Shown here: positions 1-9,037 of the stretch, in pieces
How the letters are laid out: each line of letters begins with the position of its first letter
How positions within the stretch are numbered: position 1 is the first letter of the stretch
IMG/VR virus record: IMGVR_UViG_3300035182_000512
Location: 1 to 37,178 of that record
Direction: 5' to 3' (one strand)
Length of the DNA stretch: 37,178 bases
DNA from: a virus
Lineage: Duplodnaviria; Caudoviricetes
Position numbers and translations under genes: made by a program
Notes under the pieces: model-generated
Told to the model about the DNA's origin: nothing
Seen by the model: the letters and a program-made list of their open reading frames with translations, nothing else
The model's database searches: none

Positions 1-693
1 CTGCTTGGATGGCGCACCGTTTGCGCTGTTGAACTTGATCCCGGTGCAAGACAAATCATCCTTGACCGACAGCGTGACGGGATACTTGAGCAATTCCCGA
101 TCTGGGATGACGTGCGGACGTTCGACGGGAATGTTTGGCGTGGACATGTCGATGTTGTTACAGGAGGGTTTCCTTGCCAAGACATCAGCCGGTGTGGAGC
201 GGGGGCAGGACTTAGCGGTGCAAGGTCTGGATTGTGGGTGGAGCAGAAAAGAATCATTTGCGAAGTTCAACCCAAGCTCGTTGTCGTGGAAAACTCGCCA
301 ATGCTCACTACTAGAGGACTCGGAACAGTCCTTGGAGACTTGGCCGGAATGGGGTTCGATGCAAAGTGGGGAGTGTTCAGAGCTTCAGCCATTGGAGCGG
401 CCCACCATCGAGCACGAATTTACCTGGTTGCTTACCCCCACGGCACAAAGCTGGAAGGCTTGGACTTTCCGAAACCCGCTGAAATTGATACGAAAGAATC
501 ACGCAGACGGCAATTTGCAAGAGCAATTGATGCGACTTTATCAGCGGATGACTACACCTCGATGCCAAGAAATCCTGATGATGTGGCCAGAAGGATGGAC
601 GGACTCAAAGCCACTGGCAATGGATGGGTTCCGGCAGTGGTAGCAAGAGCAGTGCGGATTTTGTTGACGCACAACGTAATGTTAGGGGAATGA
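1..693 (+). CDS. C5-cytosine DNA methyltransferase, main (alpha) chain, 5'-truncated by window edge
   Basis: Frame 1 is open from base 1 (LLGWRTVCAVELD...). It has motif IV GGFPCQDIS, motif VI VENSP, motif VIII HHRARIYLVA and motif X LKATGNGWVPAV. Motif I lies upstream of the window. Confidence 0.92.
   Translation: MLGWRTVCAVELDPGARQIILDRQRDGILEQFPIWDDVRTFDGNVWRGHVDVVTGGFPCQDISRCGAGAGLSGARSGLWVEQKRIICEVQPKLVVVENSPMLTTRGLGTVLGDLAGMGFDAKWGVFRASAIGAAHHRARIYLVAYPHGTKLEGLDFPKPAEIDTKESRRRQFARAIDATLSADDYTSMPRNPDDVARRMDGLKATGNGWVPAVVARAVRILLTHNVMLGE
146..643 (+). CDS. Overlapping alternative-frame ORF, putative beta subunit of the C5 methyltransferase (TRD plus motif IX)
   Basis: The frame is open for over 200 codons inside the MTase. 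It ends with TTPRCQEILMMWPEGWTD, resembling motif IX (LTPRExxRLMGFPDxW), which the main frame lacks. The start is uncertain; ATG at 146 was chosen. Confidence 0.65.
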   Translation: MSMLLQEGFLAKTSAGVERGQDLAVQGLDCGWSRKESFAKFNPSSLSWKTRQCSLLEDSEQSLETWPEWGSMQSGECSELQPLERPTIEHEFTWLLTPTAQSWKAWTFRNPLKLIRKNHADGNLQEQLMRLYQRMTTPRCQEILMMWPEGWTDSKPLAMDGFRQW

Positions 694-734
694 ACATGGA
701 ATGGCAACCGATTGAGACAGCGCCGAAGGTCTAA
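690..734 (+). pseudogene. Remnant N-terminus of a DUF551-like phage protein
   Basis: Reads MNMEWQPIETAPKV*, coupled to the MTase stop (ATGA). WQPIETAPK is a common phage protein N-terminal motif, here cut off after 14 codons. Confidence 0.6.
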
Positions 735-813
735 AACGCTGAGTTAGAATTTAACCCATGATGGGAAATCCCCCGGCTTTGCAGGCGAATACTTACTTGT
801 TAAAGGTGAAAAA

Positions 814-1044
814 ATGGATTCTGACATGAAAATAGAAGCATTAATTGCGCTGGTATAAAAGCGTGACCGAGAAATAAAAGAGCTAGCCGACGATAACGAA
901 AGGTACTTTTATTTGTGGACTGAGATTGTTGCTTTTATCGTCCAAGAACAAGGCCGGGATGAAATTTATAGAATCGCCAGGTCAGCAATAAAAAATCAAG
1001 AATATTTGGATAGATTGCTTATCTACATTGAAGAAAACACGTAA
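814..1044 (+). pseudogene. AT-rich hypothetical gene with an in-frame stop
   Basis: RBS AAAGGTGA, then MDSDMKIEALIALV*KRDREIKELADDNERYFYLWTE...IEENT*. A single TAA at 856-858 interrupts an otherwise continuous frame. Confidence 0.55.
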
Positions 1045-1084
1045 TCCCCCAACGCGGAATAGACACCAGAAAATGGTAATAAAA

Positions 1085-1366
1085 ATGGAAAACGACCTTA
1101 GTGATGTGCAGAAAATGTGGTTTCAGCGCACGCAGGCGCCTGAAGTAATCGAGCGCCCGTCATGCTTCAATCGCCCAGACTTCTCGCGCAATGTTTTCTC
1201 CGTCGAGTTCCCAGGAAAATGGTACGAATTCCGCCAGTCAATGGATTGCCCGCACTGGAAGGCGGGAGGAAATGCACACGTTCTCAAATGGTGCGACAGC
1301 CAAGGCGGAAGGAAAACGCCTTGGCACGCATGCAGCGGATGTCGCCATAAAGTAGTGAAATCATGA
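1085..1366 (+). CDS. Hypothetical Cys-rich phage protein
   Basis: MENDLSDVQK...; several Cys residues including a C-terminal ACSGC. The stop overlaps the next ATG. Confidence 0.65.
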   Translation: MENDLSDVQKMWFQRTQAPEVIERPSCFNRPDFSRNVFSVEFPGKWYEFRQSMDCPHWKAGGNAHVLKWCDSQGGRKTPWHACSGCRHKVVKS

Positions 1367-1623
1367 GCCACCTATACCTGTTCGCCAGCGCTTTCGCCAC
1401 CGTCTTCCTGCTCGGATTCCAGCAGAAAAACGTCCACGGAAACCATTACCTCGCGGCCATCGTCACCAGCATCGGAATAGGCGCTGCGCAAATATTTCTC
1501 TGGCGCCTGGTCCCGCAAGCCAACTCCAGCGAAATCGTCGCCACCCTGTGCGGCGGCCCGGCTGGAATCTGCGCTGCAATGTGGCTGCACCCCAAATTCA
1601 TCAAGCGAATGGAGGGCAAATGA
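1363..1623 (+). CDS. Small membrane protein (about 3 TM segments)
   Basis: Hydrophobic stretches, ATGA coupling and phage-like codon usage. Confidence 0.75.
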   Translation: MSHLYLFASAFATVFLLGFQQKNVHGNHYLAAIVTSIGIGAAQIFLWRLVPQANSSEIVATLCGGPAGICAAMWLHPKFIKRMEGK

Positions 1624-1670
1624 GAACCATAATACCAGCGCAAAAACTTATCGCCACCAGAACCAAATAA

Positions 1671-3704
1671 ATGCCCTCCGCTTCCCTATCCGTCCGCGCC
1701 GCCTGGCACGAAGGCCTCATGCCAGATCCAGACGTCGAAATCGACGAATGGTCGAACGAATACCGCTATTTGCCGCCGGACAGCAGCGAGCCTGGAAAAT
1801 TCCGCCTCTCGCGCACCCCCTACATGCGCGACATCATGCGCGATTTATCGCCGAAATCTCCAATCGAAGAAGTCGTCCTGGTCAAGGGCGGCCAGATCGC
1901 CGGCAGCGAAACCGCCAATAACTTCATCGGCTACATCATGCACATCGCCCCTGGACGAACCATGATGGTCCAGCCAACGGTGGACGCAGCGAAAGACTAC
2001 GTGCGGGAGCGCATCAACCCGCTGATCGAATACACCCCCGCCATCAAGCAGCGTTGCTCAGAAGGAAAGAGCCGGGACGGATCCAACACCGTCAAATTCA
2101 AGCGCTTCCCCGGCGGATTCCTCGCCGTCACCGGCGCCAACTCAGCACAAGCCCTGCAATCCCGCGCTATCCGCTACCTCATCCTGGACGAAATTGACCG
2201 CTACCCGCGCGATGTTGATGGGCAAGGCGATCCGCTCGGCATGGCCGTCAAGCGCACCGACACCTTCAAGCGCAACCGCAAAATCTTCAAACTCAGCACC
2301 CCAGGAAACAAAGACGAATCGCGCATCCTGGTTGACTACGCCGAGACCGACCAGCGACGATACTTCGTCCCATGTCCGCACTGCGGAAACATGGACTACA
2401 TACAGTGGAGCAACATCCACTGGCCACCCGGCCACCCGGAAAAAGCCGCCCTAACCTGCACCGCCTGTGGCGCAGAAATCGAAGAACACCACAAGACCTG
2501 GTTCATGGATCCTGAACGCGCGGAATGGCGACCGACCGCCATCAGCAAACGCCCCCGCTCGCGCGGCTACCATCTCCCAGGCCTCTACTCCCCACTCGGC
2601 TGGCGCAGTTGGGGAGACATCGCCACAGACTGGGAACAAGCCATGGACCTCGCCGCGCGCGGCGACGACACCCTGCTCAAGAAAATAACCACCATGGACC
2701 TGGGCGAAGGCTACGAACAGCAAGGAGAACGCGCCCGCGTCTCCACCATCAAGGCGCGCGCCGAAACCTACCCGCACCGCATGGTGCCTTACGGCGGACT
2801 GATCGTCACCGCCGCGGTAGACGTGCAGCACAACCGCCTGGAATGCAAGATCATGGCCTGGGGCCGCGCCGAAGAAGCCTGGGTGATCGACTACCACATC
2901 ATCTGGGGAGACACCCTGCAATCGCAAGTCTGGGCGGATCTGGAAACCTGGCTGCAAACCCCCTTGCGCTACCAGAACGGGGTAGAAATGCGCATCGCCG
3001 CCTGCTCCATCGACGCCGGTGACGGAACCACCTCAGAAGAAGTCTACAAATTCGTGCGCTGGAAGAGCCACCGTCTGATCTTCGCCATCAAGGGCGCGAA
3101 ATCATTCGACGCGCCGGTCCTTCCGCCCCCCACCGCAAGGGAAGTAGACCGACAAGGCAAGCGCGTAAAGACAGGAGACCTGCTCTGGGTCATCGGCGTC
3201 AGCCAGATCAAGGTCATCATCGCCGGTCGCCTGCGCCTGGAGACGCCCGGCAAGAACTACATCCACTTCCCCACCTGGCTCCCAGACGAATACTGGCCGC
3301 ACCTCGGCAGCGAAAGCCTGAAAAAACGCTACATCAACGGCAACGCCTACCAGCGCTGGGAAAAAATCCCAGGCGCCAGAAACGAAGGCTGGGACCTGCT
3401 GGTCTACAACTACGCCGCCGCCTGCCGCATCGGCATCAACCGCTGGGGAGAAGCGCAATGGCAAGAATGCGAGCGCCATTTATCGCAGCACGACCTGCTC
3501 TCCGGAATCGAAACGCCGCAGCATGAGCAGCCTGAAATAATCTCGAACGAAGCAGCCCCTGGTGGCCAGACGGAAGAACTCGAAACCGCAGCTGGCGAAG
3601 ATGTAAATCAATCGCCACCCCGCTTTACACCACCCGTAAAGATCGCGATCAATCCACCGGCACCGCAGGCCAGAAGGATAGGTCGATCAACCTACTTGAG
3701 GTAA
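1671..3704 (+). CDS. Terminase large subunit, lambda gpA family
   Basis: RTPYMRDIM, Walker A-like KGGQIAGSE, Walker B YLILDEID, STP motif, CPHC...CTAC, VDVQ nuclease motif and RNEGWDLLVY. Confidence 0.96.
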   Translation: MPSASLSVRAAWHEGLMPDPDVEIDEWSNEYRYLPPDSSEPGKFRLSRTPYMRDIMRDLSPKSPIEEVVLVKGGQIAGSETANNFIGYIMHIAPGRTMMVQPTVDAAKDYVRERINPLIEYTPAIKQRCSEGKSRDGSNTVKFKRFPGGFLAVTGANSAQALQSRAIRYLILDEIDRYPRDVDGQGDPLGMAVKRTDTFKRNRKIFKLSTPGNKDESRILVDYAETDQRRYFVPCPHCGNMDYIQWSNIHWPPGHPEKAALTCTACGAEIEEHHKTWFMDPERAEWRPTAISKRPRSRGYHLPGLYSPLGWRSWGDIATDWEQAMDLAARGDDTLLKKITTMDLGEGYEQQGERARVSTIKARAETYPHRMVPYGGLIVTAAVDVQHNRLECKIMAWGRAEEAWVIDYHIIWGDTLQSQVWADLETWLQTPLRYQNGVEMRIAACSIDAGDGTTSEEVYKFVRWKSHRLIFAIKGAKSFDAPVLPPPTAREVDRQGKRVKTGDLLWVIGVSQIKVIIAGRLRLETPGKNYIHFPTWLPDEYWPHLGSESLKKRYINGNAYQRWEKIPGARNEGWDLLVYNYAAACRIGINRWGEAQWQECERHLSQHDLLSGIETPQHEQPEIISNEAAPGGQTEELETAAGEDVNQSPPRFTPPVKIAINPPAPQARRIGRSTYLR

Positions 3705-3718
3705 TCTGACCCGCGCCC

Positions 3719-3764
3719 TGAACATTTTCCAATTGGCGCGCAAATACCTCTCCACGGCATCCTG
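3719..3764 (+). promoter_or_regulatory. Putative late promoter / activator site, copy 1
   Basis: TGAACATTTTCCAATTGGCG (3719-3738) is identical to 5470-5489. Both copies are followed by CATCCTG at a similar distance. Confidence 0.65.
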
Positions 3765-3793
3765 TCTGCTACACAAAACAGCAGACTCATCCA

Positions 3794-4015
3794 ATGCCAG
3801 TATCGCAAGCCCAGATCGACGCCCTGAATGCCGCAATCAGCGTAGGCGAGCGCATCGTGCGCATGAACGATAGGATGGTGGAATACCGCTCAGTCGCCGA
3901 ACTCATCCGAGCGCGTGACGACCTGCTGAGTCAAAAAGCGGCGGAAGAAGCAACAACCACGGGCACGCCTCGCCCACGCCAGACCATGCTTTATCATGCA
4001 GGGCGCGGATTCTGA
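3794..4015 (+). CDS. Head-tail joining protein (gpW-like)
   Basis: 73 aa between terL and portal; contains RMVEYRSVAELIRARD. Confidence 0.88.
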   Translation: MPVSQAQIDALNAAISVGERIVRMNDRMVEYRSVAELIRARDDLLSQKAAEEATTTGTPRPRQTMLYHAGRGF

Positions 4016-5472
4016 TGGCGAAAAAACGCAAGAAAAATAAATCCGCTCCAGCAGGCGAACACGGTTTCACTGTAAACGCCCGCTACGACGCCGCAGGAAA
4101 TGGCCGCCGCATGCGCGGATGGGTAACACCGTCAACCGGACCGAATCGGGCAATCGAAGGGCTGGCTACCATCCGCAACAGAGCGCGCGACGCTCAGCGC
4201 AACGAATGGACTGGTGCAGCCAGTGGACGGGTATGGACCACTAACCTGATCGGCACCGGCATTATTCCGCGCCCGAAAACATCAAACGCCAAACTCAAGG
4301 AAATGCTCGTTTCGTTGTGGGACCAATGGGTTCCGCAATCAGACGCCGATGGCGTTCTGGATTTTTACGGACTGCAAACCCTGGCAACGCGAAACTGGAT
4401 CGCTTCGGGAGAAGTATTCGCGCGCCTGCGACCCCGCCGCCAGGCAGACGGCCTTGCAGTCCCGCTGCAGATTCAGCTGCTCGAATCCGACATGCTACCC
4501 TTGCTGAATGTTGACACCTACCCTGGTCTACCGCCTGGAAATATCATCCGGTCAGGTATCGAACTTGATCTCGTAGGCCGCCGAGTTGCCTATTGGATGT
4601 ACCAGGAGCACCCAGGCGACTGCGTGTCCGGCGGAATAATGGCCAGCCAGTTGTCGCGCATCCCAGCCAATTCCATCCTCCATATCTACGAGCCGATCCG
4701 GCCTGGCCAGTTGCGCGGCGTATCTGACTACGCGCCTATTCTCGCAAAACTTCGAGGCGTCATGGATTACGACGATGCTGTGCTGGAGCGGCAAAAGCTC
4801 GCCAACCTGTTCACCCTTTTCATTACCCGCACAGGCATGGCAGGCGACCCGAGCATCAACCCCGTTACCGGAATGCCGTCGGAGTTCGACTCGAAAGGCG
4901 CACCGCTTGCCGCGCTGGAACCTGGAATCAGCCAGGAATTGCTGCCTGGAGAGGATGTCAAATTCAGCGATCCACCAGACGCCGGTGCCAATTACGCAGA
5001 ATTCATGCGTCAGCAGCACCTGGGTGTAGCGGCAGGTCAGGGCACGCCATACGAACTGCTGACCGGCGATCTCAAGGACGTCTCAGACCGGACGCTGCGC
5101 GTCATCATCAACGAATTCCGCCGTCACTGCGAACAGCGCCAGTGGCAAATCGTCATCCCGCAATTCTGCCGCCCAATCCGCAACGCCTGGGCTGATGCAG
5201 CCGCCCTTGGCGGAATGCTCACATTGGCGCAAGCCGATGAGGCAAAAAACGTCACATGGTCGCCACAAGGATGGGCATACATCCATCCCACCCAGGACGT
5301 ACAGGCCAAAATCATGGAAGTCTCCGCAGGATTCAAATCCCGCTCCCAGATCATCACCGAGCGCGGCGATGACCCCGACGAAATCGACCAGCAACGCGCC
5401 GCCGATGCCAAGCGAGAATCCAGTCTAAAACTCAACCAGAGCCAGAAGCCATGCACGTTGCCATGCGCATGA
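4015..5472 (+). CDS. Portal protein, lambda family
   Basis: YDAAG..RR, RNRARD, SGIELD..GRRVAYW and RPGQLRGVS motifs; position after gpW. Confidence 0.96.
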   Translation: MAKKRKKNKSAPAGEHGFTVNARYDAAGNGRRMRGWVTPSTGPNRAIEGLATIRNRARDAQRNEWTGAASGRVWTTNLIGTGIIPRPKTSNAKLKEMLVSLWDQWVPQSDADGVLDFYGLQTLATRNWIASGEVFARLRPRRQADGLAVPLQIQLLESDMLPLLNVDTYPGLPPGNIIRSGIELDLVGRRVAYWMYQEHPGDCVSGGIMASQLSRIPANSILHIYEPIRPGQLRGVSDYAPILAKLRGVMDYDDAVLERQKLANLFTLFITRTGMAGDPSINPVTGMPSEFDSKGAPLAALEPGISQELLPGEDVKFSDPPDAGANYAEFMRQQHLGVAAGQGTPYELLTGDLKDVSDRTLRVIINEFRRHCEQRQWQIVIPQFCRPIRNAWADAAALGGMLTLAQADEAKNVTWSPQGWAYIHPTQDVQAKIMEVSAGFKSRSQIITERGDDPDEIDQQRAADAKRESSLKLNQSQKPCTLPCA

Positions 5473-5514
5473 ACATTTTCCAATTGGCGGCAATTTTCAT
5501 AAATCGCCATCCTG
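5470..5514 (+). promoter_or_regulatory. Putative late promoter / activator site, copy 2
   Basis: Second exact copy of the 20-bp motif, upstream of the protease-capsid genes; CATCCTG at 5508. Confidence 0.65.
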
Positions 5515-5538
5515 CCAACATCGAAACGGAGTAACGCA

Positions 5539-6612
5539 ATGCCACGAAAAAAATCATGGTTCCAGGTAAACGCATCAGCGCCGGGCGAAGCCGAAATCGC
5601 CGTGCGAGGACCCATCGGCGAATGGGGCGTCAGTGATGTCGACTTCATCAACGCCGTGGAATCGCTGGGCGAAATCGACGCGCTGACTGTACGCATCAAC
5701 TCGCGTGGCGGAGACGTAGACCATGCCCTCAGCATCTTCAACGCGCTGAAATCCAACCCCGCCAACATCACCGTGCGCATTGACGGAGTGGCCATGTCAG
5801 CCGCCTCCATCATCGCCATGGCTGGCGACCAGATCATCATGCCGGCCAACACCATGATGATGATCCACAACCCGTGGACATTTGCTGCCGGGAACGCACA
5901 AGACCTGCGTCAGGCTGCCGACACGCTGGACAAATACACCACGCTGCTGATCTCTACATACACCGCACGCACAGGCAAGAGCGATGCAGAAATCCAGGCC
6001 ATGCTCGACGAAGAAACCTTTATGACCGCCGCCGAAGCCGTCGAGCAAGGATTTGCCGATACGGTCGAAGCCATCGCCAAAGACCCTGCCGCCCAAGCCC
6101 GCGCATACGCCGCCGCCCTGGGTATCCCGGATGACGTGCTGGCACGCATGGCTGCCGCAGGCGAAGTAGAAAAATCTCCAGAAGAAAATCAGAAAGAAGA
6201 AAATCTTAGCGAAGAAAATCAGAAAGAAGAAACAGAAGAAACACAGCAAACACCAAGCCTGGCCGCGCAGATTCAAGCCCGCGCCACCCTGCTCGGAATC
6301 GAAGCCTACGCCGCCGACATAGCCCTGGACGAAAACCTGACCACCGTCGAATCCGCCTATGCGGCACTAGCCGATGCGCGCGAAATCGTCGACCTGTGCG
6401 CACTGGCATCCATGCCAGATCAGGCCGCTCCGCTTATCCGCCGTCGCGCCACGCTGGCTGAAGCGCGTAAAACGCTGACCGACGCACGCGCTGCCGCTGA
6501 CGAATCACTCCGCACCGACGGGCACCCCCCGTCAGAGTCCTATAAACCGGCGCAAAGCAGCGCCGACGTATGGGCAAAAGTAATCCCCAACCGCCAGACC
6601 AAGGAGCAATAG
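5539..6612 (+). CDS. ClpP-like head maturation protease with C-terminal scaffold region
   Basis: RINSRGGDV, DGVAMSAASII (catalytic Ser), MMIHNPW (His) and ETFMTAAEAVEQGFAD, followed by an acidic linker and helical tail. Confidence 0.93.
   Translation: MPRKKSWFQVNASAPGEAEIAVRGPIGEWGVSDVDFINAVESLGEIDALTVRINSRGGDVDHALSIFNALKSNPANITVRIDGVAMSAASIIAMAGDQIIMPANTMMMIHNPWTFAAGNAQDLRQAADTLDKYTTLLISTYTARTGKSDAEIQAMLDEETFMTAAEAVEQGFADTVEAIAKDPAAQARAYAAALGIPDDVLARMAAAGEVEKSPEENQKEENLSEENQKEETEETQQTPSLAAQIQARATLLGIEAYAADIALDENLTTVESAYAALADAREIVDLCALASMPDQAAPLIRRRATLAEARKTLTDARAAADESLRTDGHPPSESYKPAQSSADVWAKVIPNRQTKEQ
6181..6232 (+). repeat. 22-bp direct repeat in the protease linker
   Basis: GAAGAAAATCAGAAAGAAGAAA at 6181-6202 and 6211-6232 (EENQKEE twice). 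Confidence 0.9.
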
Positions 6613-6614
6613 AA

Positions 6615-6962
6615 ATGGCAACTTTCACCGAAGCCCGGCGCACGGGCGAACATCTGATCTCGGAAGCGAACTATACCCGCAGCCGCGAAAACATCACCAT
6701 CATCAGCGGCGCGGGCATTCTTGCGCCCGGAACCGTGCTGGGGAAAATTACCGCTTCTGGCAAATATTCGGCCTACAACAACGCCAACTCCGACGGAACC
6801 GAAGTCGCCGCAGCAGTGCTCTACGCCGCCGTCGATGCAACCTCCGCAGACGTTCCAGCAGTCGCGCATGTCCGCGACTGCGAAGTTGCAGAAATCCTCA
6901 TGACCGGCCTCGACGCCGACGCCATTAAAGACCTCGCCGCCATCGGCGTAATCGTCCGCTAA
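6615..6962 (+). CDS. Head decoration protein (lambda gpD-like)
   Basis: MATFTE...SRENITI...GTVLGKITASGKY...DGTEVAAAVL; RBS AAGGAG; position before the capsid gene. Confidence 0.9.
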   Translation: MATFTEARRTGEHLISEANYTRSRENITIISGAGILAPGTVLGKITASGKYSAYNNANSDGTEVAAAVLYAAVDATSADVPAVAHVRDCEVAEILMTGLDADAIKDLAAIGVIVR

Positions 6963-6975
6963 GGAGACACACAAA

Positions 6976-7962
6976 ATGCCATCGATGAACATATTCTCTG
7001 ACGACGCGTTCAGCCTTGCCAGCCTGACATCAGCAGTCCAGAACATTCCTTACCAGCCTGGCCGTATCGGAGAATCCGGATTGTTCACGGAGAAATCAAT
7101 CGCCACCCTGGATTCCTACATCGAGCAGGAAAATGGCGTTCTCTCGCTGCTTCCCGTAACTCAGCGCGGCGCACCGGCAACAGGCGCGCCAACCGCCCGT
7201 CGAGTCGCAAAATCGTTCCGTGTCCCGCAGATCAAGCAGGAGAAACCGCTTAACGCTGATGAAATCGTCGGCGTGCGCAGTTTCGGTAGCGAGACCGAAC
7301 TCGAAACTGTTGCGAAAGTCGTGGCAAACCGCCTTGCGCCAATGAGCAACTCAATAGAATACACACTCGAATCGCATCGCCTTGCAGCCGTCATGGGAAA
7401 TTATTACGACTCCACCGGCGCATCGAAAAGCCTGTTTGATGAGTTCGGCGTAACTCAGCAAACAGTTTCCATGGCACTGACTACATCCACCACCAAGGTG
7501 CGCCAGAAAGTCATGACCATGCTTGGAATGATCGAAGATGCCCTGGGCGGCTTGAGCTTCACCGGAGTTCGCGTTTTCTGCGGCAAGAACTTCTGGAATG
7601 AGCTGATCGAGCACGATGCGGTAAAGTCGACATTTCTCAATACGCAAATGGCGTCCGACCTGCGCGGCGATCCCCGCATGGAGCTCAACTTCGGCGGCGT
7701 GGTGTTCGAGCGCTACCGTGGAACCAGCGCCGTCAAGGTTGGCGACGATGACGCCTATGCCGTTCCGGAAGGCGTAGTAGACCTGTTCATCACCACCTTC
7801 GCGCCAGCGGATTATGTTGAAACAGTCGGCACGCTTGGCCTGCGCATGTACGCAAAGCAGTGGGGGGAAGAATCGGGCCGCAGTATACACCTCGAAGTGC
7901 AGAGCAACCCGCTCAACATCTGCACCCGTCCCAGCGCCGTCATCAAGCTGACCAAGGTTTGA
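6976..7962 (+). CDS. Major capsid protein, lambda gpE family
   Basis: FSDDAFSLASLT, FAPADYVETVGTLG and QSNPLNICTRP; strong RBS AAGGAG. Confidence 0.95.
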   Translation: MPSMNIFSDDAFSLASLTSAVQNIPYQPGRIGESGLFTEKSIATLDSYIEQENGVLSLLPVTQRGAPATGAPTARRVAKSFRVPQIKQEKPLNADEIVGVRSFGSETELETVAKVVANRLAPMSNSIEYTLESHRLAAVMGNYYDSTGASKSLFDEFGVTQQTVSMALTTSTTKVRQKVMTMLGMIEDALGGLSFTGVRVFCGKNFWNELIEHDAVKSTFLNTQMASDLRGDPRMELNFGGVVFERYRGTSAVKVGDDDAYAVPEGVVDLFITTFAPADYVETVGTLGLRMYAKQWGEESGRSIHLEVQSNPLNICTRPSAVIKLTKV

Positions 7963-7965
7963 TCC

Positions 7966-8286
7966 ATGTTCGCCGCCGCCGCCGCACGAATGAACGCATC
8001 CGTCATGGCCGCTCTTGGCCGCGATGATGTGTCCATTCGCGGTGACGGCTACGATGAATCCCCTCGCGGGATATTCGTTGCGCCATGGAGCGGAATTGCA
8101 ATCGGCAACATGATGGTAGACCGCCCCGATCCGGTTCTCGTTGTGCTCACGCCGGATCTGGCAGAACTCGGTGGAGTAGACCCGCAACCGGGCGACCAGG
8201 CCGAAATTGGCGGCACCATTTACACCATCGTTTCGGCGAAGGATGTAGACGGATTCACCGAAATGACGCTGAGGCTCTATGTTTAA
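7966..8286 (+). CDS. Head-tail adaptor (gpFII-like)
   Basis: Position after capsid, size of 106 aa and beta-rich C-terminus (GDQAEIGGTIYTIVS). Confidence 0.75.
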   Translation: MFAAAAARMNASVMAALGRDDVSIRGDGYDESPRGIFVAPWSGIAIGNMMVDRPDPVLVVLTPDLAELGGVDPQPGDQAEIGGTIYTIVSAKDVDGFTEMTLRLYV

Positions 8287-8458
8287 TTTCAGCGGGAAAA
8301 ACTACATCGGCAAGTCCAGCCAGATCAATGAAGCGCGCAAACCCAAGCCGCCCGCGTTGACAGGTATTTATTCCCGCATCGGAACCGGCCATATTGGCAA
8401 GCTGATGAACGCAGCAAAAAAACCAAGCAAGAGCGAAGAGTATGCAGAATCTTTTTGA
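8279..8458 (+). CDS. Small basic hypothetical protein (59 aa, below ORF-track cutoff)
   Basis: MFNFSGKNYIGK...EEYAESF*; fills the gap and overlaps both neighbours. Confidence 0.5.
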   Translation: MFNFSGKNYIGKSSQINEARKPKPPALTGIYSRIGTGHIGKLMNAAKKPSKSEEYAESF

Positions 8459-8870
8459 CGTCGAGCCGCTCATCATCGCACGAATCAAGGATGCCGTGCC
8501 TGGTTTGCGTACCGTGTCTAGCGTCTCTCTGCTGGCCTCTACTGCAGACATCGCGGCGTTGCTTCCCGCTGCATTCGTGCAGCCCATGGATGGAACTGTC
8601 AAATCATCCGCTGCCGCGCACTGCATGGAAAGCCAGTCCTGGCTGGTAACGGTATGCGTGTCGAATTTCCGCGACACCGACACCGAAACCACCGCCAGCA
8701 AGGCGGGAGAGCACGCCAGAAACATCATTGCTGCGCTCAACGGATGGCCGCCCAAAGGCACCGGGAAGCTCATGCAGTACGAAGGCCGTTCCGCGCCGTA
8801 TTACGAACCCGGCTATGGAGAATTTCCGCTGCATTTCAGCATCGACGTTTTTGTGCACGGACAAGGATAG
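8442..8870 (+). CDS. Tail terminator / tail completion protein (Gp37-like)
   Basis: IIARIK, PAAFV, QSWLVTV, ALNGW and FPLHF motifs; position before the tail tube gene. Confidence 0.8.
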   Translation: MQNLFDVEPLIIARIKDAVPGLRTVSSVSLLASTADIAALLPAAFVQPMDGTVKSSAAAHCMESQSWLVTVCVSNFRDTDTETTASKAGEHARNIIAALNGWPPKGTGKLMQYEGRSAPYYEPGYGEFPLHFSIDVFVHGQG

Positions 8871-8875
8871 CATCA

Positions 8876-9034
8876 ATGAAAGTCACCCTTCTAAAACCCC
8901 ATACCCACGCCGGAACAGAACACCAGCCTGGCGAATCGCTCGATCTTGATACAGAACAGGCCGAGTGGCTGCGCGCTCAAGGCGTAGCCGCACCGGCAAA
9001 ACCCGAACCCAAGAAATCCACTCAAGGAGAATGA
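8876..9034 (+). CDS. Small conserved virion-module protein
   Basis: MKVTLLKPHTHAGTEHQPGESLDL..AEWL..GVA, a type often found before tail tube genes; RBS AAGGA. Confidence 0.8.
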   Translation: MKVTLLKPHTHAGTEHQPGESLDLDTEQAEWLRAQGVAAPAKPEPKKSTQGE

Positions 9035-9037
9035 TCC

